Positions 48,401 through 61,904 of a stretch of DNA of 63,502 bases are shown one piece after another. Location: assembly GCA_011109175.1 (NCBI GenBank), contig RDEW01000009.1, positions 67,735-131,236 on the forward strand, given 5' to 3'. The stretch comes from Dicyema japonicum (lineage: Eukaryota; Animalia; Dicyemida). The stretch's first letter is position 1, and each line of letters starts with the position of its first letter. The position numbers and the translations under genes were made by a program. Below the pieces are notes generated by a model. The model did not search any database. It was given only the letters and a program-made list of their open reading frames with translations, and had not been told where the DNA came from.

Positions 48401-49056
48401 CTCAATTTGCTTTTGGTAATTTATCCCCAGCAGCGGCTGAGACCCAAGCTTCTCAATCATGGGTATGATAGGGTGATGGCATTTTGCTTAGGTTTGGGTT
48501 CTTCTTGGAAATGTAGTATTTCTCAGGGAAAACTTGCCAAGAGCATATATACAGACCATTACACTAAAGAAAACTCTTGAAAGTATGTGTTGACTAAACA
48601 TGGAATTAAAATTCAAGATAGCGAAATTTTCCCAGATGATTTATTTTTTTCCTGATCATGAGACGGAGAAATGGAAATTTAATGACGAAGCTTTGGATGA
48701 GAATACATATCCTCACAATATTTCTGATAAAACCGAGGAACAGGAGGACTATGAAATGATCCCCACTGAGACTGATAATGTGCTTGAAAATTCGAACAAT
48801 GAGCTAGAGACGAGTGATGGAAAAAAAGATCTTGGGAATTGACCAATCCTGGAGCCAAAAGAAGATGTTAAGCTTTGTTTACTCTTAATTAGATGTTAAT
48901 TAGTTTTCTAATAAAAATGGGCACTATTTATCATCGACCCGCCATAAGAACAGGAATCATGCAGTAGGGGTTTGTCCTTAGTCCCACAAATGTAGTCAAT
49001 TTGAATGTATATTTTGACACTTTCGTTTGACTCCTGTAGCGACTGAATATATAAAG

Positions 49057-51345
49057 GGTTCCCATTCAAAATGGCCTCCAATTAATTTTCTCAGGTTGTG
49101 GATAAGTTCATCAATAAACATCACGAGATAATTTACCAAAGTCCTCGACATCTTTAGGTAAAAAAGTCATCTTTTTTAATATTTTTATTTAACTTTGAAA
49201 TGAAAGATTTATTTTCAAAAGGAAAAAAATAATTATAAATGTTAGTAGAAAATAAATTCAACTAAATTGAATATATATTCTATCGGATCCATATTAAGTA
49301 ACATTGTTCTTAAACAAATCTTAGTATATTCTCAGATAAAGCGATATATTTAGTTTTTCTAAGAATTTTTCTCCATTTTGTAATCTTAAGAATTGTATCA
49401 TTATGCCTTCTTTATCAATGTGGTATGTCCTCATATAAATTATCCAGATTATTCCAATAATTAATTGCAAATCTTGGAATTAATTAATTTTCTTGATTTC
49501 CGATATAATTGATCAAAAAATATTGATATAATGAATTTAGAATCGCAGGAATATCTGATCTCGACACTATCTAATCCAGAGGTTGTCAAACGGTGTGCCG
49601 CCTGCCAAATACAAATTTGAATAAATTTATATACATTTTTTGACCTAATTAATTTAAAAAGATAAATAAATTAAAATAATCATTTTTTATTATATATTAA
49701 ATGACATTTACATTGGTTAACCATTATTTAATAATTTTTTAATAACGTGCGCATCAACGGTTATGGGTAAATCAGTTCGTCTGTCTTATAAAGATTCTTA
49801 TTTGTCATTTGGATTTATATGCATAGATAAAAATAAACTACCTAAATGTCTAATTTGCATGGAAGTTTGGCAAATGATGCTATGGTTCCTAGCAAACTAA
49901 AGAGACATTTTACTTCCAAGCATCCGGACTATTCCGAAAAATCTGTGGATTATTTTATCCATTTGAAAAAACAACACAAGTATTATTTAGTTTTTACTAT
50001 GAATCGCAGATCTAGTCAAATGATGTTCAGTGAAACTTTTGTAAACACAAAGGAATCATTGAAATGTTCATACCTGATCTGAGAATTGATAGCAAAACAA
50101 CTAAAACCTCACACTATTGGTGAAAACTTGATAATCCCTGCTTGTCGTATTATTGCTCGGACAATGTTTGGTCTTAAATATGAACAAAAAATTAAAGAAA
50201 CTCGTTTTCATTACAACTTGATGAATCCACGGATATTGGTTTATTTTATATTTTAATTATAATAAGGATATAATGGTGAATTGTTACAGGGACTGATTAA
50301 TGAACATTTAATAATTTTGGAAAACAAAATGGATGCTTATTTTCCAGACTTAGAAATTGGAAAATTCGATTGGGTTATTGTTTTTTAAATATTTTTTAGA
50401 TACGAAATCCTTTTCTTGTGTCAGAATCAAAACACTTATCTGTTAAAGAAAATGAAGAACTTATTGCACTGTTTAATGATCGATCCTTAAAATTAATGAT
50501 GACGGAGTTAGACATTGGAGAATTCTGGATATATATTCGAAACATATATCCCAGTTTATCAAAACAAGCAATGACCATAATTTTACAGTTTTCAACGACC
50601 TATTTATGCGAAACAGGTTTTTCTACGATGCATAATATGAAATATAACAAACGTGAAAGTTTGAGAAACATTGATGCTGAAATGCGGGTGGCTTTGTCAA
50701 CCATTCGACCTGATATTGATGATATATGCAAAAACAATAATAATTAAGATTTCATTTCTATTATTAATAAAAATTTGGGCATTAAATTACCAATTTTTTA
50801 CTTAGTTTTACACATCTTAAAAATTTAATTTTTTAATGTGTGCCGTGGATTATTTTTTTTACGATTAGTGTGCCGCGGGAATTATTTTTTGAAAAGCTCT
50901 GATCTAATCAAAAGTGTTCTATACAGTATGTACAGGAATAAAAGAAAGGCATTTCGACAGTTTTACAAATCTATCGTTATTTTAAATCACATTTAACTTA
51001 TTTATGTCGTTGAAAAGTTCTAACTCCAATATTTTTTTGTTAATTTTTATCCTATATGGAACATGCAGCAATTTATCCGTGCGTTTGGAAATGACTTTTG
51101 AAAAAAGTTTATTGCTCCTTTTTAAAAATCTGAAACAATAACTCTTGGTTCTTAATCCGGAATGAGACGTTTAATTATTTAAAGCATTGTGTCATCAGGT
51201 ACGACCTGAGCACCTCCAATATGTGCTTTGTCCCTTCCTGTATTTTAAATGGTGCAGATTTTAAACTAGATTTACCTATTGGTTAACGAGAAACGGCATG
51301 CAATAGTGAATCAATTAAATAAAATATTCAAAAGTTTTATTAAAA
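49057..51345 (-). mobile_element. MULE copy 2, internally deleted, one end lost, carrying a hAT insertion
   Basis: Begins ggttcccattcaaaatggcc. Antisense transposase pieces align with 7950-9377. Retains a 27-nt version of the second intron (50971-50997). Confidence 0.88.
49577..50901 (+). mobile_element. Buster/Charlie-type hAT, internally deleted, nested in MULE copy 2
   Basis: TIRs CAGAGGTTGTCAAA / CAGAGCTTTTCAAA. 8-bp TSD ATCTAATC (49569-49576, 50902-50909). LANDAMVPSKLKRH and FSTTYLCETGFS dimerisation motif. Confidence 0.93.
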
Positions 51346-51346
51346 C

Positions 51347-51790
51347 GAAATCCCACTTTATTTAACAAACAATAAAAAGTTAATATATTTAATCAACAAC
51401 CTTCCTCGCCTGCCTGTTCGCCAGCATCCTCAGGCAGGTTCGATTCTGGTTGCTGAAACAACTCCGAGAGCGCCTTGTCTAATTGAACCCTCTGCCCATA
51501 TGGCATCTCAGGGCTCTGCCTCCTATACTCCAATGTCAGGCTCTCTAGGGTCCGCTTTAACACAGTGGACTGTAGACAGGCCTGGAGCTTCCTATCTACC
51601 CCAACTGCTTAAGATAACCCTTGTGGTACTTTGTTGCAATTCCTTCCCACGTCATTACTATAGAAATAACGAGGACCTTGCAACCAAGCACATCTCGTTT
51701 GCAAGAAAATCATACTTCCTTTTTTTCTCCACCTCCACAGTCTGCAAACGGTCTTGAACGTGATGTCAACTTCTATGATAAGGACTTGGC
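51347..51790 (-). mobile_element. R4/Dong-like 3' end (RLE domain)
   Basis: IIEVDIT...KYDFLANE...MTWEGI.TKY. Same family as 62560-63058. Confidence 0.8.
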
Positions 51791-52200
51791 CAGTTTTTAA
51801 AAATCTAGCACTATGTGGAGCGTACACGTTAATGATTTTCATGTATCTATTAGAAGGGCACATATTATACATCCTGATTCGCAGGACACTGATCCTGTCA
51901 TTGACTTTCGAAAAATGATGTATTCAAGAACAAGATGGGCATGGACTGCAAAACCTTGTCCGTAACCGGGAAGAGAATTAGTTTGTAGATCCCATAGTGC
52001 TCACAGCATTCTTCAGACACCTTTGCTATGCAGGCATCCGATAGATATGTGGTACCTCTTTAAATCATCGCACTGTGTTTTTCTCATCCTTGTAATTGAG
52101 ATCCCCATGACGTTAAACGAAAGTAATTTAAGGCCGTCCAACTGAATCATATGTTTCTCAGACTGCAATGTAAAGATGCATGTCAACAGCTCAACCAAAA
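51790..52200 (-). mobile_element. RTE-like 5' (APE) fragment
   Basis: LLSFNVMGIS...ISIGCL and IINVYAPH match the 13.1-13.8 kb region. Confidence 0.8.
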
Positions 52201-52299
52201 AGCAATTATCCTTGGAAATAACCTGAATAGACTGTAGAAGAGTTGAAATTCGAAGATGACCTACACTTATTAGAGTCAGAAGAGTACGACATCCAAAAT

Positions 52300-54300
52300 T
52301 GTGTCTTTGCTGTTCATGTGGAGCTATGAGTATTATGACTCTCATAAAGTGCTATTTAGCTGATTTTACTTAATTCTGTCCACGAGAGACTCCTACTCCA
52401 TTAAGGTCTCTATACTACACTTGGAATTAAAGTCACCGATATTTTTCCTATCAAAACGACTTTGCTCTCATAACCGAGTTGTGTTTATATTTTCAAGTAA
52501 GAGATAGTAAAGATTCTTCAACTCAGTTAAAGTCAGTCACGTCGTCTCAATTTTCGTTTATTAATCTTTCCATATGTAATTTTTAACAAGAATTGATAAA
52601 ATCGAGCATTATTGACTTTCTTTGAATATCGGGGCAATTTCTTTTAAACTTAACAGATTATGTTGTCTCTGATTTGACTTAACGGCAAAAGTAGAAAATC
52701 TATAAATCCAAAAAAGATCTCTGAGTTCAACCCATTCTACCAGACAGAAAAGACGTTAGCCATTTCTGCAAAATTGGTGAGATTTCCGATGAAATAATCT
52801 TCTTGCTAGCAGGTGTCACAAAGTTCTACCAAAAACATTGTTTATGTCGATTTTCGAAGATCCTGAATGACATGGATCCTTTTGGTTTCTGAATAGGAAT
52901 GACTGGTTACTGTTTCCGCAAAACAAAGGAAAATCCAGAGTTTGAAAATTTCCATAAGGCTTCTTAGCCCCTCTGGACTTGATTCTTAGATGGTAACTCA
53001 AATCCATTCGACCTCTTTCGATGATTTTTTACCTCCTGGCCGTATGAAGATGTGCTTTTCGTCTGCGCATTCTAGATATATTTTAGAACTTTCCAGAACT
53101 ATGAAGTTTTTTGAGTTTTTGACTAAAGACAAATTCGTTCCATCTATTTCTTTATATCTAAAATAAAAGAGACAGTTTGATCTGAGCCGAGGTTTTCAGA
53201 AAATAACTAATCGTATAAAAATTAATCCCGGCACTCATTAAAAATAAAAAAATTCAATTCTTTTCGGATACGTAAAAAGTGAGGAGAAAAATTGGTAAAT
53301 TTAATGGGCAATTTTTATCAATTTTCTAAAATAGAGAATTCGTTAATATGCAACAATGTCTAAGGATTCATCAAGTTGTAATAAAAAACGAGTTTTCTTA
53401 ATAGAAAATGATACATTGTTTTCAATATTCTCCGACAAAGAACCGACGAGAAACAGTGTTATCTGACAAAGGTATCTTTTTATTTTTTGTTCATATTTAG
53501 ACCAATCATAGTCCGAGCAATGATATGGAAAGCAGTGATTATCAAGTTTTCGCCAATGGTATGCGGTTTCAGTTCTTTTGCTATCAATTCAGAAATCAGA
53601 TGTGAACATTTCAATAATTCTGTTGAGTCCACAAAAGTCTAACTAAACAACATTTGGCTGGATCTACAATACATAGTAAAAACTTAATAATACTTGTGTT
53701 GTTTTTTTCAAATGCATAAAATAATCCACAGATTTTTTAGAATAGTCCGGATACCTGGAAGTAAAATGTCTATTTAGTTTGCTAGGAACCATTGCATCAT
53801 TTGCCAAAACTTCCAGCAAAATTAGGCATTGAGGTAGTTTCTTTTTATCATGTAAATCCAAATGACAAATAAGAATCTTTATGAAAGACAAACTTATTTA
53901 TCCATTTAAAAAATAAATATAAATTTATTCAAATTTGTATTTGACTGGTGGCACACTGATGACAATCTCTGATCTGAGCGAATATTGTGGTAAAACACAG
54001 TTTCCTTGCTATAGTGGTTTTAAATTGGTCGGTCAATGGAGAAGGGGTTCAAATATCTCATTTGACTTGCCTAACTAATCCCTCAAGCGTTGATGTGAGA
54101 GTGGATAGCTTTTAGCTCCGAAAGCTGCACCCAACAAAAGAATTCGGAAATCTTCATATTTAAGGTATATAGTTTATTGCAGAAGGTGTCTCAGAGGTAT
54201 TGCTTTTTTTCATATTCCATCTTTGTTTCACCAGGGCTATGATATCGCTACTGAGAAACGGCCAGCACGGGAATACACCACCTTGGGATGGATTTTCGAT
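52300..54300 (-). mobile_element. Degenerate Ingi/Jockey-like LINE split by a hAT
   Basis: KIDINNVF (cf. IDIQKAF) and SPILQKWLTSFLSGR. Confidence 0.5.
53188..53971 (-). mobile_element. Buster-type hAT copy 2, further deleted
   Basis: 8-bp TSD ATCTGAGC (53180-53187, 53972-53979). Ends align with the 49577-50901 element. LEVLANDAMVPSKL. Confidence 0.88.
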
Positions 54301-54919
54301 CAGCGGAAATTATAATAGAATTAAAAAATGTCAGAGTAGTCTCAATTGAATTAAAATTTGTTACATCTTTGAAATTAACAACATTACTATTGAAATATAC
54401 AACATTTCCCACAGGTAAAGATAAAAATATTATGAAAAGCTCACAATTTTTATCGAAAGTATGAGAAATTACCTAAAAGATATAACAGGCCAAAGATATA
54501 GACAACCTAGACACATCCTAAAATTGGAAACCTCGAGAAAAGTATAAAGAAATCTAAAAGACCGGATAATCTGGTAAACGAAAATATAACTTTTTGTTTG
54601 AGTCTGCATTATAGTAATTACAGCATCAAGCCAGATCTCTATATCAGTACTATAACAATCCAAATCACACATCAATTTTATAGTCGCAGTTGACCAAGGA
54701 CTATCTTTCGCTAGAAAATTAAATAATAATTAGTATTATTGCCACAGGATAACTGGGTTAAAGAAAAAGAATCTCCCATCTAACAAATTAATTCAAGGCC
54801 GTCAAGGGGGAGAAAATTCAATAAATTTAATTATCACAAAATAATTTATTTTTTATAAAAGTCATGAAATATTTTATTTGAAAATTAATTTAATTATAAA
54901 TTCAAAATCTTGTTAGAAA

Positions 54920-57265
54920 ATGGAAATTCCTTCACTATATGCTCATTGCATGAAAACTATTCGAGAATACATTAATGGGACAAATTATCAAGCATTAAGC
55001 GAAAAAACTAAAAAAATGATTTCTAAAAGATTATCAGAAGATCCAAGTTATTTAGAATATCTATTTGCCGGTGAAAATCGAAAAGAACAATATTCACGTA
55101 TATACAAATTCCAGATGTAGTACATAAGAATATTTTCTGCGTTAAATTGATAAATGAAAAAGTTGACATTAAAGATGTTGTCAGGATGATTCAAGTTTAT
55201 CCGAATTTATCGAATATTAAAATATGGCAAATAACTTCAACAGAAAAGCAGCCTTTACTACCATTTTCACCTAATAACGTCAAATCATTCTCACTTCTAG
55301 AATATAATGACCCAGATTTGTTACATTCCCTATTTATGACTGGATTTAACAAAATAACATGCCTTGAACTTTTTCATGACGAACGTGAAGTGTCAGTAAT
55401 CCTTAAAAGTACCACATTGAAAATAATGGAGAAACTGGAACGCATAGAATTATCTAACGTTATGATTATCGACTTTGAAGAATTTTTGGCAAACCTAAAC
55501 AGTCCAGAGTCCTTGTGGTTTGTTTTTTTATAATTCAGTCATTTTGCACTCGTGCATACTGGACTTTGGAATCGTAGAAGGTTGGATGTGAACGATATAT
55601 GTTGTCTTTTTGAAAAAGCAAAGAACCTTACTTTTCTAGATTTATCAAAGTCTCTTATCGATGTACAAAGACTCAAATAGTAATTTATTTTAATAATCTT
55701 AGTCAAATGCTGAAATACGGATTGAACAAACATCAAGATGAGAATACCTTATTTTTCATTCAAAATATAAACGAATGGGTAAATCTGAGAAAATAAAATA
55801 GATTGATCGAGAATTGGCATTAAATAACTTAGCCAGGTTTGTTGTAACTACAAGAACTATTGGATGAAACAATCTGTAAGTTTCGCAATAAGAAACTTCG
55901 AAATAACTTTCTAAATCGATTTTTGAGAGTATTTTGAAAATATTATTGTAGATTTTATATCATAAATATAACGTCAAAGATTATAGATACCCGCGTTATT
56001 CTATGTAACTTATTATATTACTTCAGAAATATTCTAAATCATATTACCAAAACACACGATATTTCGTATTTTAATCGTCGGTATGAGTTGATCTTATTCG
56101 TAGTTTAATTTATGATATTTTTCTCATTGTTCTTATGTTTTGCATATGTAATAGAAAATTGGTAATTGAGATTTTAAATTTGTAGCATATTGCTCTTGAT
56201 TGTTCAAATTTATTATTCAATTTAAAACCATGGAATACGCCAATTTTCGTTGATTACTTTTTATTTTAGATCAATGCGTTGTCATGCATGTTTATTGCAA
56301 TAGCTACATCTCCCGACCCTAATAATAGAATATATAAAAACTGTCGATTTGTCATGAAACGTTTAAATATCGGATTTTTATCTTATTTTGGGCATTCTGG
56401 ACTTGTCAAAGTTTAAAATTTTGTATTTTTAGTACTGCCTTGAATGTATCAAAACATTATCTGTCGGAGTTGGTGGGTTTCTATTTATATTGGGCTGGCT
56501 ATTAGGTATTTGAAATACGTTTAGTTAGACGAAAATAAAATGAATGTGAATTTGTTTATTGATTTTGGCGGAATTGAAATTATTTGTCATATTGATGATA
56601 GATCCCGGTTCAAAAATTCCAACTTAAAGATTATGCTTTCACTCGTTGAAATTGCGGAAAATCTTGCTAAATTCCCGAAATCTAGACGTTTACTGGGGGC
56701 TTGTAGACTCGTAGAATTTTTATTGTAAACTTGTTAACTTATTAAAAAGGATCCAACTTACGACAATTGGGAATTCTATCTGCCCTATAGAATCAGGCGG
56801 TGCATGTGTATTTTATTGAGTGATTCTCATATTTCCCCTACATTTATAAATTTGGATATAGGTGATATGAGCCCCCGAGAAATGATTCTAGATAAAATTT
56901 TTCAATTTGTAAATAAATATACTTTTGCAGGATGTCATGATATTATTGAATGTGATGCTGATAGAAGGTTATTCCATTTTATATGTAAGGTCGTTTATGT
57001 CAACAGTAAATCTATTATGCGTAAACACAGATGAGCGAATTTGGCTTTGGGCTGTGTGGGAATGTGCTAATATATCATTTACATCTCGTTAATATTTATT
57101 TTTATAATAGCAAATGTACTTATGTTCAAATTGATGGACTATTATATTCTTCCGAAAATTAGCAATGTATGTATAAAATCTAAAATGGAAGAGATCCATC
57201 ACTATTTTTGGACTTTTAGAATAAATTACTTTGTTGCTATTTTTATAATTTTAGGAATTCATTAG
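54920..57265 (+). CDS. ZYG-11/ZER1-family protein (BC-box, LRR-like, armadillo-like); intactness unresolved
   Basis: N-terminal PSLYAHCMKTI fits the BC-box SLxxxCxxxI. LTFLDLS. After splicing: GWLLDENKMNVNLFIDFGG...IAE and FHFILNLL...LWAVW, matching ZYG-11/ZER1 C-terminal motifs as recalled. Twelve GT-AG introns of 21-24 nt restore frame. Junctions near 55114, 55845 and 56725 are ambiguous. Confidence 0.78.
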
Positions 57266-57559
57266 AAGTCAACTTAGAAGTGCGAATTCTTTAGTTATTT
57301 CAATTTCTCATTAACAAATAATTAATTATTATTAATTGCAATGTCCACGGAACCAGAAAAGTTAGCTAATTTGAGATTCCAATTTTGCCATGCATCTCTG
57401 GATTTGCGTTGTAAGTAGTTTCCATCCTCCCCTTTTTTTCGTAACCGCTTTCAGATCATTCAGATCTCTCCTCTCCTGTTTTCAGTTTTCTTCTATGTAA
57501 GTGATATCTTTTTCAAGCGTCGACGGCAACGTTGTTCTTTGTCGACCTCGATACGTTGT

Positions 57560-58203
57560 TATGTCTAATATAGGAAATTATGATTCAATGGACGAATGAA
57601 TAACTCACTCAAAGAGAAATGGAGTCACACAAAGAAACTTGGCTTCCTATTAGGAGATAGTGAAGATATCATACGGAGAAAAACCATGGCAAACGCGGCA
57701 TTACACAGGCTGAAAAACCTATGGCTAAAACGGAGAGGGAACAACATAAAACAAAAGATAATGTTATACAACACTTTTATCAATCCAATCCTCCTATACA
57801 ACTCTGGGACCTGGGCCACCTCAAAAGAGGATTTGGAGAGGCTAGACTCGTTTCACAGGAATCATCTAAAAACATTACTGGAATGTCCTGGCCATCCAAA
57901 TTTTGCGGAAAGGACTGTACAATAAGTGTGACTGTACACCATTAAGTCACGAGATCATTAGCTCTTGTTGGAGACTTTTTGGACAAGTCCTGAAATTGGA
58001 CCCGATATTCACCTTTCCCCGAATATCGCAATGGAAGATTATTACTCTTCTCCAATGTAAAGCGATATAGTGGAAGACCGAGAACAACCCTACCGGTCGT
58101 TTTACAAAACGATTTGAAAGCCGTAAAGAAAACATTGGCATCTGGTGACGATCTGGACTCACTGAGGGGTCTAGCTAAGAACAGAAGAGCTTGGAGCAAC
58201 TAA
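57560..58203 (+). mobile_element. RTE-like 3' fragment with intact C-terminus
   Basis: KKLGFLLGDSEDI..RK..ANAA, ILLYNSGTW, and end SLRGLAKNRRAWSN*. Confidence 0.85.
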
Positions 58204-58549
58204 CTAATTCTCTTATATTTTTTGCTGCACATGCGGGGCTATAAATATTATGGCTCTCGTAAAAGTGCTAATAATAATAATGATTCCACGGCCTGATTGG
58301 CCGGTGCCATTTCCAAAACTCTTGTGATATATCAAAGAGCTGCCATTTTGCCGAAGTAACTTTATTCCCAATCTATGTTGTTTGAGTAATTCTGTAGAGC
58401 TCGTCGTTAGTCATCCGTTTTGGTCAGAAATAATTTTCATAATTGTATTTTTGACCGGCATTCTCAATCAATTGATATTAATTTAATCTTATTAATTTAA
58501 CTTACATATATTTTACTGATCACGAGGTCAACCAAATGTTATTAAATCT

Positions 58550-58810
58550 TAATTTATTTTATTATCCCCCTATACACTAAGAAGGAAGTTAAAAGTGAAA
58601 AACTAGTTAAGTGTATCCAGCTTCCAATGCTACGGAAACAGAGTCCATTCGGTACCAGTATAAAAGATAAAAGACCTCCATTAGTTGCAGTTGTGGAAAA
58701 CTTTCCCATGGAGTGGGGGAGAGCAAATGAATTTTTTTAGTGTCGTCTGGTACTGGGCGCCATTCTATTAAAAACGGAAAGAGAAGGAACAGACAAAACA
58801 AATAAAAACT
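58550..58810 (-). repeat. LINE-tail-like dispersed repeat ending ...MDSVSVALEAGYT*
   Basis: Alignable with 61905-62185 and 26610-26670. The GYT* end and following ttagtt 3' UTR parallel the GIT* LINE tails. Confidence 0.6.
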
Positions 58811-58899
58811 TCTTTTATTTGTTAAAAAATTACATTTAATAATTAATTTTTGTATTTTTCTAAAAATAAATTGCAATTTTTTGATATTTTTATTTTTCG

Positions 58900-60000
58900 G
58901 TTGTCCAACAAGTGCCTTTGTGTCTCACGGAAACTCACTTTTGTCTATGTGGGTGGATGTGAAGAAGGCTTACGATTCAGTTGATCATTCTTACCTTGTC
59001 GAGTCGTACACACTCTGTTTATGTTTGGTTCATTAGCTTTGTAGTGGATGTGATAAATATGTGAAATCTGAACTATAATAGGCACCGGATAGGCGAGGTA
59101 AAACTCAAGAGGGGAATCCTTCAGGGGGGTCGCATGTCTCCGCTGCTCTTTTTTCTATGTTTGGAGCCATTGATTCGCCGCCTCAATGACCGTTTTGAGC
59201 AAATACCAGTTCATTGTGAAAGGGTTTGTTTCAGTACAAATCACCTTCTTTTTATCGATGACCTGAAGGTGTATGCTCGAACAGCCAAGGATCTCTCCTT
59301 GGGGGTCTGTGCCAGGGAATTATTTGAGAGTATAGACTAGATTTGAATTATTAAAAGTCTGCGAATAACACGCATGTAGCGAGTTGTAAGAGTCCTAGAT
59401 GAACACGAAGGATATAAGTATCTGGGTGTTACCGAAACTCCAAAGTCCCTTATAATGTTTGAGACAAAGCGACAAATTATTATTATGACGTCTCTAAATG
59501 CAAGGAATTTGTTACTAGCATTAAATGAGTATGCTGTCTCGCTGCTAAACTACTACATAGGTGTTGTGGAGTTTGAGCTACATGAGTATGATGAGATGGA
59601 TGTTATGATCCGTGGAGTACTGAGGGAAAACCATGTCCATGTGCTGGCAGCCAATAAGGAGAGACTACATTTCCCCCGTAATAAATTCGGCCGTGGACTG
59701 TGTGGAGTAGTCCAACTAAGTGAGCGCATCCTAATGCGAATGCACAATACCCTGATAGCTGGGTCAAGTGTGTCTGCTAGGAAGCACTCCATAATAACTA
59801 CCGAGAAAACACGGGCAACCCACCTAGGCACTATCAGACCTTTTTGTCTGCTAAGTATGGTGTTGATGATGGTGGGCTAGTAAATGTGATGGCGTTGATC
59901 GAATTACAATATAATAATTTGATGGAAAAGATCAACTTAAATAGACTTCACAAGGTCCTCTTCAGAGCATTGGACAACCCCCCGTCGACAATATGCATTG
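58900..60000 (+). mobile_element. R4/Dong-like RT fragment, frameshifted
   Basis: WVDVKKAYDSVDH, VKLKRGILQG, HLLFIDDLK, YKYLG, LNARNL...NEYAVS, KERLHFPR..FGRGL. Confidence 0.85.
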
Positions 60001-61050
60001 TTAGAGAAATTATAATTTAGTATTAAATATTTTTCAATATTGTTTTCTTTGAAATTTCTATCTTTAGACATCTGTTTTTTTCAAACGTGAGAAATATTGT
60101 TTCACTGGAATTTAACAGCAGGATATTTTGTAACATGTCATTGGATTTATTGATTTGTTAGTCATTTTAGCAACATCCATTAAATCATTCTTCTCATACC
60201 TTTCAATAAAATAATTTTCAATATCTCCTTTTCAGAAATAGAACTAAAATTTTCAAAATTCAAAACTTTTACGATTGAAATATAAATTTTTTTTCAAATT
60301 AGTTTTTAGCCATTGTATTTAGTAATTTTGGAGTTCATGAAACAAATTTTTATTCATTGTCAATTGCTTCGCATTCGTAACATTAATCCTATCGTTTTCA
60401 AAATTTTTCACTGTCTTTTATTGCAACAAAATTTTCGGAATAATAAAATACGCTTCTAAGAAACCCTCACATATTGAGAAAATTACATCTGGAGGTAATC
60501 TAATCCCATGAAACATAGCTCTGCGCTTAATTAATTTCGAAAGATGATATAAGGCGCCGGATCGTTAATAAATAATTTCAAATTTAAAATTTTTAATAAG
60601 AATCCATCAAAAACATTAATAATTGTTTGAATTATATCATTCGAATACGAATGTAATTTATACCTGATTTCACAATGCATAAAGTTTCTGGATTACAAAT
60701 TGTCCAGAAAATTACAGTTAATATTATTTTCCTGTTAGTGTTAATTTCATCAATAATAAAATAGAATCATTTTTTTAAATATTTTCTGTAGTTCAATAAT
60801 GTGTCGATCATAAAGTTTATGTATATTTTTTGCAGTGGTATAATTGAAAGTGATATTATTTTTAACAAATAATTTTTTTTAATAGAACTATTCACTAATC
60901 CGCCAAGTTTATTTAAAAATGCTTTAACAAAAAAAACATTCAGTTTTTTCGTTATCTTTAATAAGAAAAAATGAACGGTGTCTATACATTTTTGGCATTC
61001 TGTCTGATTTCGTTTTCCTTTAAAATGTTGATCGATGTAGTATTGTTAAG
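60000..61050 (-). pseudogene. Possible decayed LRR-like gene remnant
   Basis: Fragments LKILNLKLF, GIRLPPDVIFSICEGF and KVLNFENFSSISE, separated by stops. Confidence 0.3.
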
Positions 61051-61120
61051 ATGATTTTACTATCTTAGAGCATTTTTGGCAAAATAAATTTTCTTTAAAT
61101 GTTCTTGTAAATATTTATTA

Positions 61121-61704
61121 GTGTTTCCTTTCAAAATGGCCTCCAATTAATTTTCAAGTTTTAGACAGGTTCATCAAAACCATTACGAGATTTACCAAAA
61201 AAGACATCCTTAGATAAAAAATTCATCTTTTAAATCTTATAAACATTGATTTTAGTGAGTACTCAACATTTTACCAAGGTCTTTCAAATTTTTAGAACAA
61301 ATGTTACTTAACAAGAATCCGACAGAATATATATTCAATTTAATAGAATATGTATTCTATTAACTTTTTTAATTATTTTACTATTTTCCTGTTTAAAATA
61401 AATCATTCATTCTAAAGCTGTATGAAAATAAAAATATTAAAAAGACGACATTTTACTTAAAGATGTCGAGGATCTTGTTAAAATGGTCTACATACCCATT
61501 AAAATCAAATTTTTATTAGATTTAAAAAAGATGACTTTTTACCTAAAGATGTCGAGGACCTTGGTAAACTGTTCAATTTACCAATATGACCCATCAAAAT
61601 CAATTTTGTAATATTTAAAAAGATGACTTTTCTATCTAAGGATGTCTTTTTGGTAAAATCTCGTGATAGTCTTGATGAATTGTAGGCCACTTTGAATGGA
61701 CACG
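61121..61704 (+). mobile_element. Non-autonomous MULE derivative (~580 bp)
   Basis: Both degenerate TIR types plus only the last transposase codons (..NPTEYIFNLIEYVFY*). No clear TSD. Confidence 0.82.
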
Positions 61705-61904
61705 TTATCAATTTTTGGGTATTGCTTTTAAAATTCGTTCCTTATTTTTGCCTGAGTTCTAATAATTTTAATAATTGAGAAAATACAAACCTGTCATTAA
61801 GTGAAGACAGCTAATACACGACAAAAACTATTTATTATTTCATTTTGAATCATTTTTGCCACGTGGCGACATGTGGTGCTGCGTGGTTAATTGGTTTAAT
61901 TTTT

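Noticed and set aside
48600-48842. Acidic 80-aa ORF
   Set aside because: Low complexity with no recognisable family or consistent exon structure. Not supportable.
51609-51872. In-frame RTE-APE/R4-RLE fusion as a novel dual-endonuclease element
   Set aside because: Both parts are decayed fragments with no RT between them. A chance junction from insertion or deletion is simpler.
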